From IMG/VR virus record IMGVR_UViG_2630968533_000004: 47,366 nucleotides of DNA; one strand, written 5' to 3'. The DNA is from a virus (lineage: Duplodnaviria; Heunggongvirae; Uroviricota; Caudoviricetes). This document shows, piece by piece, positions 1 to 8,178 of the stretch. A program made the translations under genes and the position numbers. The notes below the pieces were generated by a model. That model was given only the letters and a program-made list of their open reading frames with translations, searched no databases and was not told the DNA's origin. The number at the start of each line of letters is the position of its first letter. Within the stretch, counting starts at the first letter, position 1.

Positions 1-1
1 A

Positions 2-1297
2 TTAATTTTTCATTGCTTCGTTATGGGGCATGGTTGGGGCAAACTCGCTTAACTGTGTATTTAACAAAGCTACCTGTGCATTATTGTTTTCAGACATCCA
101 TTTTCCGTATACCTGAAATACCATTTGCGCATCTGCATGGCCCATCTGGTTTGCTATAAATGCCGGGTTAGCACCAGCTGTCAGCGACCAGCAGGCATAA
201 GTATGTCTCGACTGATATGATTTTCGATGGCGGAGTCCGGCACGTTTTATCGCTGCGTCCCACATCTGCCTTATTGAGTCAACGGTAAAATGGTCACCAT
301 AATTTTTTACTCTCGCTGACACTTCAGGTTGAAAAACAAAGGTGCATTTATGTTTTTCTGTTCTGCCATACTCTCTGAGGTGAACATCAATGATATGCTC
401 TTTGCTCAGTCTCGTTAATGTCATCTGACTCCGGAGAGCGTCGATTGCTGGCTTAATAAGATGAATGACCCGATTGGTTCCCGCCTGTGTTTTTGGTACC
501 GTGAAACGGTCTTTTGCTAAATTTCTCCTGATCATCATTGTTCCATTTTTCAGATCTATGTCCTCCCATCCAAGTGCACACAGCTCACCAGGGCGAACGC
601 CAGTATAAACAGAAACACACCATAAATTTTTGGCTTGCTGATTTCTGCACGCATCGATAAGACGGATGAATTCCTCCCGCGAAAGAGGATCCGGAATGGT
701 TCTTGATTCCTTTAATGGCGAGATCCCCTTAAACGGGTTATCTGCCAGGTAACCGTTATCAACACCAAACTGGAACACGGCGTTAAGATTTGTCATGTAA
801 TTATTTACAGTTACAGCCGATCTCCCTGGTTGTGTAACAATATAGTTACTTTTGGGGATCTGGTATCCAGTCAGTAGCTCTTTACGAACCTCCAGTAATT
901 TTTCTTTATTAATCGATGAGGCAAGATTTTTTTCACCGATTATGCTCAGGATATTTTTGATGACGGCACGGTATGTGTTGAGTGATGTTTTTGCGACTTC
1001 AGTTTCTTTCAGTGCCAGAAATTTTTCAGCCAGTTCTTTTATGGTTAAATCTTGTCGGGCCTCACCAAATTTTTCCAGATTGCGTGAGGAGGGAAACTGT
1101 TTTGCATAGTCGAAAACACCAGTTTTTATTGCGTAACAAACAGAGGCGCGTAGCTCACCTGCAACGCGCCTGTTTTTTGCTGTGTCAGGAACCCCCAGGT
1201 TTTCCCTGACTCTTACGCCTTTATAAACAAACCAGATACGTAATTTCCCTCCATGGTTTTCCACGCCTGTCGGATATTTCATTTCAACTTCTCTCAT
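2..1297 (-). CDS. int: Tyrosine-type phage integrase
   Basis: 431-aa ORF; C-terminal catalytic region RHRKSYQSRHTYACWSLTAGANPAFIANQMGH...VYGKW has the R..HxxR..Y layout of lambda-family integrases; sits at prophage edge next to an excisionase-like gene. Confidence 0.9.
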   Translation of the reverse strand: MREVEMKYPTGVENHGGKLRIWFVYKGVRVRENLGVPDTAKNRRVAGELRASVCYAIKTGVFDYAKQFPSSRNLEKFGEARQDLTIKELAEKFLALKETEVAKTSLNTYRAVIKNILSIIGEKNLASSINKEKLLEVRKELLTGYQIPKSNYIVTQPGRSAVTVNNYMTNLNAVFQFGVDNGYLADNPFKGISPLKESRTIPDPLSREEFIRLIDACRNQQAKNLWCVSVYTGVRPGELCALGWEDIDLKNGTMMIRRNLAKDRFTVPKTQAGTNRVIHLIKPAIDALRSQMTLTRLSKEHIIDVHLREYGRTEKHKCTFVFQPEVSARVKNYGDHFTVDSIRQMWDAAIKRAGLRHRKSYQSRHTYACWSLTAGANPAFIANQMGHADAQMVFQVYGKWMSENNNAQVALLNTQLSEFAPTMPHNEAMKN

Positions 1298-1316
1298 TAG
1301 TTAGTGTGGCTTTTAG

Positions 1317-1568
1317 TCAAGTAAGATGACGTCTTGGTCTTGCTGATGCCTGGCGCTCAATCCAGCGATCAATTTCTTCCAGGTTGTAAAAGCATGGACT
1401 GTTATCCCATGGCATACCGTCATGAGCGACATGCTTATATTCCCTTCCTTCCATAAACGATTTTTCCCGGGCCTTTTTTAACGTACCTTTTTTTATTCCT
1501 TTCAGCGCAATTAACTGCTCTTCGGATACCCATTTGCCGGGAGAGACAATCATGATTACTTCGCTCAT
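1317..1568 (-). CDS. Excisionase-like small protein
   Basis: 83-aa basic ORF immediately upstream of int on the same strand; size and position typical of prophage Xis. Confidence 0.6.
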   Translation of the reverse strand: MSEVIMIVSPGKWVSEEQLIALKGIKKGTLKKAREKSFMEGREYKHVAHDGMPWDNSPCFYNLEEIDRWIERQASARPRRHLT

Positions 1569-1640
1569 CGATTTCTTTATCTCTTACATCAGACGAGCGC
1601 CGGTTGCAGAATACCAGTCACAACCGGCGACAGTTGAACA

Positions 1641-4112
1641 TTAAGAATCAGCCTGACTCGGGATCAGTTTTTGCCAGATAGCTGAAACGTATTTTGCCTG
1701 GTAACGGGCGTCATCAAGTGCATTATGGCGCTCACCTTCGAATGGAATAGCCGTTCTGGCATCGAAGTCTATGGCTTTCCCCAGCTCAACGATTGTGCGT
1801 ACATCGCGATCGTTGTAGTAACGCCACGGGCAGGGGATCCCCTGCCGTTCGTATGAACGGCGCAAAATCGTGTTGTCGAAGTTGGCTCCATTTCCCCAGA
1901 CATGAACAAAAAATTCACCGGAGTTTTCGTCGATAAATTCCCGCAATTGTAACAGTGCATCATCTAACGGGATTTCATCGGTCATAATGGCAGATTGCGC
2001 TTCGCGTGATTGTTTAAGCCACCATTTAATGGTGTCCCGATCAATGACTCCGCCAGCAGTTTCCAGATCGATAGTCTTACTAAATTCCGGTCCCATATCT
2101 CCGGTTTGCGGATCGAAAAATATTGCACCTATTGAGATAATCGGGGCATCGGGATTTTTTCCCATGGTTTCAAGGTCGATCATCAGATGAATCCCCGCTC
2201 TGCTGGTGGATGTGAGATTATGATGACCGTTCACCTTAATTAAGGGATCTGACGCCTCGCCAGTTTCACTATCGCTGGCATGATGCTGATTGCTGCCAGT
2301 GTTCTCCTTGTGCTGATGCGCAGTGCCTTCCATTTCCTCCAGATCATTTTTCTGAACTTCAGGCTGATTCTCTCCATCGAATATTTCCTGGTATGTTGCG
2401 TCACCCATCACCGCACCACAATCAGGGCAGTTGCCGCCACCGCTCTGACCGCAGGCGGTGCAGATCTTTTCCGGTTCCTGTTGCACTACTGGTTCAGGTT
2501 GTTTCGTTTCTGGCTCGTTTTGTTGCGTATTTGGGCTGTTTTGTTCCGCTTTCTGGTCGTTCTGTTCCGTTTCTTGCTGGTTCTGGTTCACAGAATCGCG
2601 GGTCTGGATCCCCTTAATCCATTTCGGATCATTCGGGTCGCTAATCCCTTCAACAAATTCACCACGTGATACTGCAAGCAGTTCATCGGCGTCAGGCTGG
2701 CTGATATTGGCTGCCTGCATAATTTTGTTTACTTCGTCAGCGGTAACTTTTACTGACCCTGGTTGTGCGGTCGTGTCAGATGCACCAGTATTTTGTTGTG
2801 AACCTGAGTATGTACCGTTTTTGCGGGCGAAATATTCTTCTTTCGTGATTTCAGTAGCCCCAGCAGACAGCGCCTTATCCAGACCAGAAAGTTTATTTGC
2901 GCGACCGTATTTTTCGCCATCCTTGTCGGTGAAGAGGAAGTAGAACGGCCCCTCACGTTCTACAGATGGTTCGACTTCCACTTTGCATTCGGTTTTTTCG
3001 TTGTCTGGAATTGCCGTTTCCACTGCATCAGTTTCTGGTACTGGCGACGAGAGAGTATCAGTTGCGCTCTGATTTGTTCCTTCATCTTCAAACACGCCCT
3101 TTGTAGTCAGGTATTCAGTAATGTATTTGTTCAGTGCCACAGGGTCTTTGTGAATGTCGATCGGACGTTCACGGACAAGGCCAAAAATAGTCTGGCGGTC
3201 GTAGCGAAGGGCATCAGGCTGTTTGCGCATTGATGCCGAGATACGCTTCCAGTCTTCGCGGTCGTTGTCGATAACTTCATTTTTTGCCCAGCGATGGATG
3301 CTGCCGTCAATGTTTCCGGCATCCACATCACCAGGCCAGAGAGCGTAGGCCAGTTCGTCATCCAGTGTTTTCCATGTCTGCTTGTATTCGCGATGAATGG
3401 CAGCAATGACCGGGTTGATTTTTCCTGTTGAATTTTCAGTGTGCTGTTGATTGGCTCTGGCGCGGGCGAGATCAACAACAGACGTGTATTTTCCGGCTTC
3501 CTTGCGTTCACCTTCGCGACGTTTTTTCCAGATGCGCATCTCTGCCTGAATTTCGGGCCATTTGGCACCAGGCTTACATTTATGCTTAACCCACCCGATG
3601 GCATGCAGCTTAAGCTCCGGATACATAGCGTTAACTTCTGGCATTTTCATCAACGCTTCAACGATATGGCCGTCGAATGTTGCCATGTCTTCCTGCAACA
3701 ATTCCTGTGCGCTAATCACCATATCAACAGTGATGTTTTCACATGTGTCGAACTTAACCATGACAGCGTTCTGTACTTCAGGGGCTAGGTTGTCAAAAGT
3801 GACGTTCATCGGATCGGATTCAGTCTCGACCGGGACAAAGGAAGCAGACGCCTCATCCCAGCGGTTTTCCTGCATATATTCAGCATCCCAGGAATCGAGG
3901 GCAGGGCGGGGTATACCGGGTTTATCCTCGCAAACAAGAAATTTATAAGCGCAGTCCTGAGCAGCCGGATAATGTTCCAGGAATTGCCAGTGAAATTTTG
4001 CGCGGGCGCGACGTTCATCACCGGCTTCAATGGCAGTGGCTACAGCGACGGCACCTTCTTCCTTTATTGCCTGTTCGTCCGGAATGGCGGCGCAAATAAA
4101 GACTTTACTCAT
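1641..4112 (-). CDS. Large exonuclease with C-terminal DnaQ-like (DEDDh) 3'-5' exonuclease domain
   Basis: 823-aa ORF; C-terminus carries MIDLETMG (Exo I), WGNGANFDNTIL (Exo II) and HNALDDARYQAKY (Exo III, H-x4-D) motifs; central CTACGQSGGGNCPDCG zinc-ribbon-like motif and Q/N/E-rich low-complexity linker. Confidence 0.75.
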   Translation of the reverse strand: MSKVFICAAIPDEQAIKEEGAVAVATAIEAGDERRARAKFHWQFLEHYPAAQDCAYKFLVCEDKPGIPRPALDSWDAEYMQENRWDEASASFVPVETESDPMNVTFDNLAPEVQNAVMVKFDTCENITVDMVISAQELLQEDMATFDGHIVEALMKMPEVNAMYPELKLHAIGWVKHKCKPGAKWPEIQAEMRIWKKRREGERKEAGKYTSVVDLARARANQQHTENSTGKINPVIAAIHREYKQTWKTLDDELAYALWPGDVDAGNIDGSIHRWAKNEVIDNDREDWKRISASMRKQPDALRYDRQTIFGLVRERPIDIHKDPVALNKYITEYLTTKGVFEDEGTNQSATDTLSSPVPETDAVETAIPDNEKTECKVEVEPSVEREGPFYFLFTDKDGEKYGRANKLSGLDKALSAGATEITKEEYFARKNGTYSGSQQNTGASDTTAQPGSVKVTADEVNKIMQAANISQPDADELLAVSRGEFVEGISDPNDPKWIKGIQTRDSVNQNQQETEQNDQKAEQNSPNTQQNEPETKQPEPVVQQEPEKICTACGQSGGGNCPDCGAVMGDATYQEIFDGENQPEVQKNDLEEMEGTAHQHKENTGSNQHHASDSETGEASDPLIKVNGHHNLTSTSRAGIHLMIDLETMGKNPDAPIISIGAIFFDPQTGDMGPEFSKTIDLETAGGVIDRDTIKWWLKQSREAQSAIMTDEIPLDDALLQLREFIDENSGEFFVHVWGNGANFDNTILRRSYERQGIPCPWRYYNDRDVRTIVELGKAIDFDARTAIPFEGERHNALDDARYQAKYVSAIWQKLIPSQADS

Positions 4113-4204
4113 TTTGTTTTACCTCATTACAGATTTAAGGGTGAACAAATCCCTGCCATTGCTGGCATATAAGAATGAAATCGGATGTTTATTACGGAAC
4201 TGTT

Positions 4205-4396
4205 TTAAAGACCTGCCGGGATTTCGTTATTATCCTGGTGAATAACTTTATCGACCGGGTAACAGTTACCGGGAATTTTCTGTTCGGTTGCTGCAGTCAC
4301 ACACTCCTGCATTGTCCTGTGAACACTGACTGCAATATCAACTGGCTCTCCGGAAACAAGAAAAACTGTCAGAACAAGTGCAAATGCTGTATTCAT
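4205..4396 (-). CDS. ydfD: YdfD-like small lysis/membrane protein
   Basis: Internal Met of ORF 4205..4450 gives 63 aa MNTAFALVLTVFLVSGEPVDIAV... with hydrophobic N-terminus; start overlaps stop of the upstream dicB-like gene (ATGA); matches recalled Qin YdfD. Confidence 0.6.
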   Translation of the reverse strand: MNTAFALVLTVFLVSGEPVDIAVSVHRTMQECVTAATEQKIPGNCYPVDKVIHQDNNEIPAGL

Positions 4397-4581
4397 TGCC
4401 AGCATCCTTTTTGTATCGGACGTAAACGGGCCAACATTGAAAGAATGCATATTTTATTTAATAGCTTCCGTTCGTGTTTTCTCTTGTTAATGGCATCTTC
4501 AGTAAATACAGGGTTACTGATAGTGACACCAATTTCAAAACAACCTTCAGACGTATTAACGTTTGGTAATAACGTTTCCAT
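4393..4581 (-). CDS. dicB: Cell-division inhibitor DicB
   Basis: Internal Met of ORF 4393..4686 gives 62 aa METLLPNVNTSEGCFEIGVTISNPVFTEDAINKRKHERKLLNKICILSMLARLRPIQKGCWQ, near-identical to recalled E. coli DicB; lies directly downstream of DicF. Confidence 0.75.
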   Translation of the reverse strand: METLLPNVNTSEGCFEIGVTISNPVFTEDAINKRKHERKLLNKICILSMLARLRPIQKGCWQ

Positions 4582-4755
4582 TATCGCGTCCTCAACAATG
4601 AATTTTGTGATGCGGTGCCTGGTGCCTCCAGGTGACGTTAACCAGTTAACAATTAACGCCGGATACAGAGAATCCACCCATAACACTGTTTTTGGTTTTA
4701 ACTGTTCCGCGTGCGCTCAGCCGCATTCACCGCATCACAAAATTCACTTTAAAAA

Positions 4756-4808
4756 GGGCGGCAGAGCAGTCACGGAGTAAAACTGATACCGCCAAACGTC
4801 ACCAGAAA
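4756..4808 (-). ncRNA. dicF: DicF small RNA (53 nt) followed by U-tract
   Basis: Reverse complement of 4756..4808 reads TTTCTGGTGACGTTTGGCGGTATCAGTTTTACTCCGTGACTGCTCTGCCGCCC followed by TTTTTAA, matching the recalled DicF sequence; located between ydfA-like and dicB as in Qin. Confidence 0.8.
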
Positions 4809-5083
4809 ATTGATAACAGAGGGCGTTGCAGCGGGGTTGTCACTTAAGCGTATGGTCAACCTGACAACTCGGTGTCCTCAACGGGGAAGGAATAACCCCG
4901 CCATACTTACCGCCGCGCCATTTCGCGGGTTGCCACAACCGGAAGCGCACGGTCGAATTAAATTTAACGACACCGTACAGTGAGACGAACTTCGCCGTGC
5001 GCTTTCGTGTTGTATGCCTGCTTTTAACCACGTCAGGCGAGGTGGTATCCTTCTTATCCCGAATAACCAAGAAGGAAATCTAT

Positions 5084-5284
5084 ATGACTAAAGAAGAATT
5101 TGTCTCTTATATTTTTGATAAAACGGTTGAAATGTATGCCGCTACTTACGGGTCCTGTAATCCTCTGAATAAACCAGAGGGGAAAGATGATTTCGACAAA
5201 ATTTACCGCTTCTTGGAGGACCGCTATATCAAAAGGTTAGAGGACGCAGGGATCAAATCCCCAGTGAAGTCACCATTGTCCTGA
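5084..5284 (+). CDS. Hypothetical small protein (66 aa)
   Basis: ATG at 5084 preceded by GAAGGAAA RBS; AT-rich; opposite strand to the surrounding early-left operon. Confidence 0.4.
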   Translation: MTKEEFVSYIFDKTVEMYAATYGSCNPLNKPEGKDDFDKIYRFLEDRYIKRLEDAGIKSPVKSPLS

Positions 5285-5630
5285 GAACTTGCAGGACGTC
5301 ATGATCGTAACTTCCATCCAAACCGCGACGGCAAATTGCTTCTCGTATTACCGGAAGCAGTTCGCTGGAAATCTCGGTGCATATTTCACCTGATAATACG
5401 CCTGGCTCAAGTGAGAATATTGGTGAACTTACGGTCTTGGTCTCGACAGTTTCAGAGTCAGTGCCAACATTATAAAGCTCAACGAAAGCGGTCTTGATTT
5501 TCCGGGCCAGATCTTTTGCTGGCTCGCTTGCAATATCTTTCCCGATTTCTCGCAGCACAGAATGCAATGTATGAGCTGCTGTTTTCTGTACATCAGACGG
5601 TAAATCTTTAAATTCCATCGTCAGCCTCAT
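5253..5630 (-). CDS. Hypothetical early-left operon protein (possibly YdfB/YdfC-like)
   Basis: 125-aa ORF between ydfA-like gene and DicF on the operon strand; family assignment from position only. Confidence 0.45.
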   Translation of the reverse strand: MRLTMEFKDLPSDVQKTAAHTLHSVLREIGKDIASEPAKDLARKIKTAFVELYNVGTDSETVETKTVSSPIFSLEPGVLSGEICTEISSELLPVIREAICRRGLDGSYDHDVLQVLRTMVTSLGI

Positions 5631-5782
5631 CAGTCAGTGTTTCTGGCTAACCAGCAACGCGCGCCAGATTCGGTTTTAAACGTTTTGCTTTTGGTATATG
5701 TCATCGCGGTGAACGTACCGTCCTGGTTGGGGAACACGCCACATACCAGAGATTCGCTGTTGCCAAGATCGATAGTATCCAT
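5630..5782 (-). CDS. ydfA: YdfA-like small protein (50 aa)
   Basis: Internal Met of ORF 5630..5938 gives MDTIDLGNSESLVCGVFPNQDGTFTAMTYTKSKTFKTESGARCWLARNTD; first gene of the operon downstream of the dicA-proximal promoter region. Confidence 0.55.
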   Translation of the reverse strand: MDTIDLGNSESLVCGVFPNQDGTFTAMTYTKSKTFKTESGARCWLARNTD

Positions 5783-5897
5783 GCTGACCTCATTTCCCCT
5801 TAACGCCGGGGTAGCGGAACTGTTTGCTGAGAACACCGTGCGGTGTCTTGATGGAAGTAATTTAGTTTTCTCATTATTTTTCGTCAAGGTTTTTTGA

Positions 5898-5909
5898 TGA
5901 GAAAACTCA
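5898..5909. promoter_or_regulatory. Palindromic operator-like site TGAGAAAACTCA upstream of early-left operon
   Basis: 12-bp perfect palindrome in the sequence TTGATGAGAAAACTCAAGTATTGG, repeated almost exactly at 6433..6446. Confidence 0.5.
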
Positions 5910-5974
5910 AGTATTGGCGCAAGATAAAGCCAATACATTGAAATGTAAGGCTTTAAAATTTTGTGAAGGGATGA

Positions 5975-6382
5975 TTATTGATGCTTGTTGCGTTTGCGAG
6001 CCTCTAATAGCTCGGTGAACAGGCGATTAAAATTCTCAACGCGGGCGCGGAGTTCGCTGAGTTGTGCTTGTTGCTCTGATTTAGGAAGTGCGCGATACAA
6101 ACGCAGCATCTCTAACTCATCTTCCGATAAGTCTAAGGCACTATCGAGTGAAACAGGGGGAGCTGGTGTTTTGTCCTCGTCGCCAAACAGTATCCAGGTT
6201 GGTGAACATTGCAATACCTCGGCGAGGCGATGCAAATTTTGCCCGCGCGGGGCTGTATGGTCACTTTCCCATAATGAAATTGATGAGCCAGATACGCCAG
6301 CAGCTTTGCTTAAACCGTTTTGACTTAAGCCTACCTGCTTACGTCTTTCTCTAATGCGTTGACCTAAAGTTTTCTCGTTCAT
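5975..6382 (-). CDS. dicA: DicA-type HTH (XRE-family) repressor
   Basis: Internal Met of ORF 5975..6433 gives 135 aa MNEKTLGQRIRERRKQVGLSQNGLSKAAGVSGSSISLWESDHTAPRGQNLHRLAEVLQCSPTWILFGDEDK...; HTH motif plus C-terminal region resembling recalled DicA; divergent from a Cro-like gene. Confidence 0.85.
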   Translation of the reverse strand: MNEKTLGQRIRERRKQVGLSQNGLSKAAGVSGSSISLWESDHTAPRGQNLHRLAEVLQCSPTWILFGDEDKTPAPPVSLDSALDLSEDELEMLRLYRALPKSEQQAQLSELRARVENFNRLFTELLEARKRNKHQ

Positions 6383-6432
6383 ATTTAGATATCTTAATAA
6401 CCCTTGACTTGAGATTCCTTGAGTGATTAGCA

Positions 6433-6446
6433 TTGAGAAAACTCAA
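6433..6446. promoter_or_regulatory. Palindromic operator-like site TTGAGAAAACTCAA in dicA-dicC intergenic region
   Basis: Sits 14 bp upstream of the dicC ATG, between the divergent repressor genes; same core as 5898..5909. Confidence 0.5.
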
Positions 6447-6459
6447 TATTGGAGGTGCG

Positions 6460-6687
6460 ATGTTTAAATCAGACGTAATTAATTTTTACGGTACGAAAGC
6501 CAAAGTAGCGAAAGCTGCTGGCGTTGACCCATCTGCTGTTTCTCAATGGCAAGAGCTGGTTCCTGAAGGTCGCGCGATGCGTCTACAGGAGGCATCTGGC
6601 GGCGAGCTTCTGTATGATCCCAAGGTTTATGACGAATATCGTAAGACGAAGCGGGCGGGGCGGTTGAACAATGAAAATCACTCCTGA
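6460..6687 (+). CDS. dicC: DicC-like (Cro-like) regulator
   Basis: 75-aa protein MFKSDVINFYGTKAKVAKAAGVDPSAVSQWQ...; GGAGG RBS 5 nt upstream; divergent from dicA. Confidence 0.75.
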   Translation: MFKSDVINFYGTKAKVAKAAGVDPSAVSQWQELVPEGRAMRLQEASGGELLYDPKVYDEYRKTKRAGRLNNENHS

Positions 6688-7192
6688 ACAGGCTCGTGAG
6701 GCTCTGGATGCCTGGATATGTCGACCAGGAATGACACAGGAGCAGGCGACGATATTAATCACTGAAGCATTCTGGGCTTTGAAAGAGCGCCCGAACATCG
6801 ATGTTCAGCGTGTCACAGATGAAGGTGGCGCGGTTGATCAGCGAGCGCTTGGCGTTAATCGAGTGAAGATATTCGAACGCTGGAAGGCTATCGACACTAG
6901 GGATAAGCGTGAAAAGTTCACGGCGCTAGTGCCTGCAATTATGGAGGCTATCCGGATTAATGATTTCAGGTTGTATCGTGAAATTAGTGACGGAAAAAGC
7001 ATCACGTACATGATCGCCGGGTTAAACAAAGAATATGGCGATGTGGTGGAGTCCGGACTGCTTTTTGCTGATCCTGCCGTAGTGGATCGTGAAACTGACG
7101 AACTTATAGAAAAAGCAATTGCTTTCAAACTTGCGTATCGACAGCAATACCAACAAAAAGCTGGATGGAATTATGAGCCTTCTTTTTGCTGA
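6671..7192 (+). CDS. YdaT-like regulatory protein
   Basis: 173-aa ORF in the CII-equivalent position after the Cro-like gene; segment RVKIFERWKAIDTRDKREKFTALVPAIMEAI resembles the recalled YdaT family pattern. Confidence 0.5.
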   Translation: MKITPEQAREALDAWICRPGMTQEQATILITEAFWALKERPNIDVQRVTDEGGAVDQRALGVNRVKIFERWKAIDTRDKREKFTALVPAIMEAIRINDFRLYREISDGKSITYMIAGLNKEYGDVVESGLLFADPAVVDRETDELIEKAIAFKLAYRQQYQQKAGWNYEPSFC

Positions 7193-8138
7193 ACGCCCAC
7201 TGGTTATAAACACACAGCTTGCGATGAAGATTGGCTTAAATGAAGCCATTGTGTTGCAGCAGTTGCATTACTGGTTGAGAGATACCAATTCCGGCATGGA
7301 ATGTGATGGTGTTCGCTGGATTTACAACACAACGGAACAATGGCTGGAACAGTTCCCATTCTGGTCAGAGTCAACGTTAAAGCGCGCGTTTGCAAGTCTG
7401 AAAACGCTGGGGCTTTTGCGTTGTGAAAAGCTCAATAAATCAAAGCGCGATATGACCAATTTCTACACGATCAACTACGGGAGCGAGCTTTTAGATGGTG
7501 GCAAATTGAGCGAATCCATCGGTTTAAAATGCGCCGCTCCATCAGGTCAAAATGACACGATGGAAGAGGTCAAAATGAAACGCTCCATTGGTTCAAAACG
7601 ACCCAATGTCATCGGGTCAAAATGGCCTGATGATCTTACAGAGAATACAACAGAGATTACTACAGAGAATAAAAACACTTTTCGTCCGGAAGCTTCGCAA
7701 CCGGACCCGCAGACCGCTGAACAGGATTTTTTAACCCGGAACCCCGACGCGGTTGTGTTTAGTGCGAAAAAACGCCAGTGGGGTAGCAGGGAGGATTTGG
7801 CGTGTGCGCAGTGGATTTGGGGGCGGATCGTGAACCTTTACGAACAGGCTGCCAGCGACGATGGAGAGATCATGCGACCAAAAGAGCCTAACTGGACAGC
7901 CTGGGCCAATGACGTGCGCACAATGCGGATGCTGGATGGCAGAAGCCACAGACAAATTTGCGAAATGTTTGGTCGGGTACAGCGAGATCAATTCTGGGTA
8001 AAAAACATCATGAGCCCGTCAAAACTCCGCGAAAAATGGGACGAACTGGTCATCCGCCTGGGACGTTCACCTGTACAGCGTTGTATGAATCATATTTCTG
8101 AACCGGATACAGAAATTCCGCCTGGTTTCAGAGGATAA
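7173..8138 (+). CDS. Replication initiation / replisome organiser protein (DnaT-like C-terminus)
   Basis: N-terminus MSLLFAERPLVINTQLAMKIGLNEAIVLQQLHYWL is winged-helix-like; C-terminus WANDVRTMRMLDGRSHRQICEMFGRVQRDQFWV is DnaT-like; gene contains iterons. Confidence 0.6.
   Translation: MSLLFAERPLVINTQLAMKIGLNEAIVLQQLHYWLRDTNSGMECDGVRWIYNTTEQWLEQFPFWSESTLKRAFASLKTLGLLRCEKLNKSKRDMTNFYTINYGSELLDGGKLSESIGLKCAAPSGQNDTMEEVKMKRSIGSKRPNVIGSKWPDDLTENTTEITTENKNTFRPEASQPDPQTAEQDFLTRNPDAVVFSAKKRQWGSREDLACAQWIWGRIVNLYEQAASDDGEIMRPKEPNWTAWANDVRTMRMLDGRSHRQICEMFGRVQRDQFWVKNIMSPSKLREKWDELVIRLGRSPVQRCMNHISEPDTEIPPGFRG
7521..7625. repeat. Origin-like iterons (5 copies of about GGTCAAAATG, roughly 23-bp spacing) plus downstream AT-rich ACAGAGA repeats
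   Basis: ggtttaaaatg, ggtcaaaatga, ggtcaaaatga, ggttcaaaacga, ggtcaaaatgg read directly; followed by ttacagagaatacaacagagattactacagagaataaaaac; lies inside the replication gene like lambda ori inside O. Confidence 0.55.
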
Positions 8139-8178
8139 GTTTTGATTTCAGGTCATGAGGTAATTTTAAGGGGGACTT

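Noticed and set aside
2450-2620. Short-period DNA repeats (gtt/ctg-rich) that might suggest a CRISPR-like or satellite array
   Set aside because: They are in-frame coding repeats for a Q/N/E/P-rich linker of the exonuclease; no spacer-repeat structure
1641-4112. Considered RecE (exodeoxyribonuclease VIII, 5'-3')
   Set aside because: C-terminal motifs are DEDDh/DnaQ-type, not RecE-like, and no RecT follows
5630-5938. Full 102-aa ORF as the gene
   Set aside because: Only the C-terminal 50 aa (from the internal Met) resemble YdfA; the upstream extension runs through the operator/promoter region
5975-7192. Considered a Rac-type RacR/YdaS/YdaT immunity region
   Set aside because: The repressor C-terminus (LQCSPTWILFGDEDK...ALPKSEQQAQLSELRARVENFN) and the Cro-like protein fit DicA/DicC better; the adjacent DicF/DicB confirm a Qin-type region. 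The YdaT-like label is kept only for the third gene
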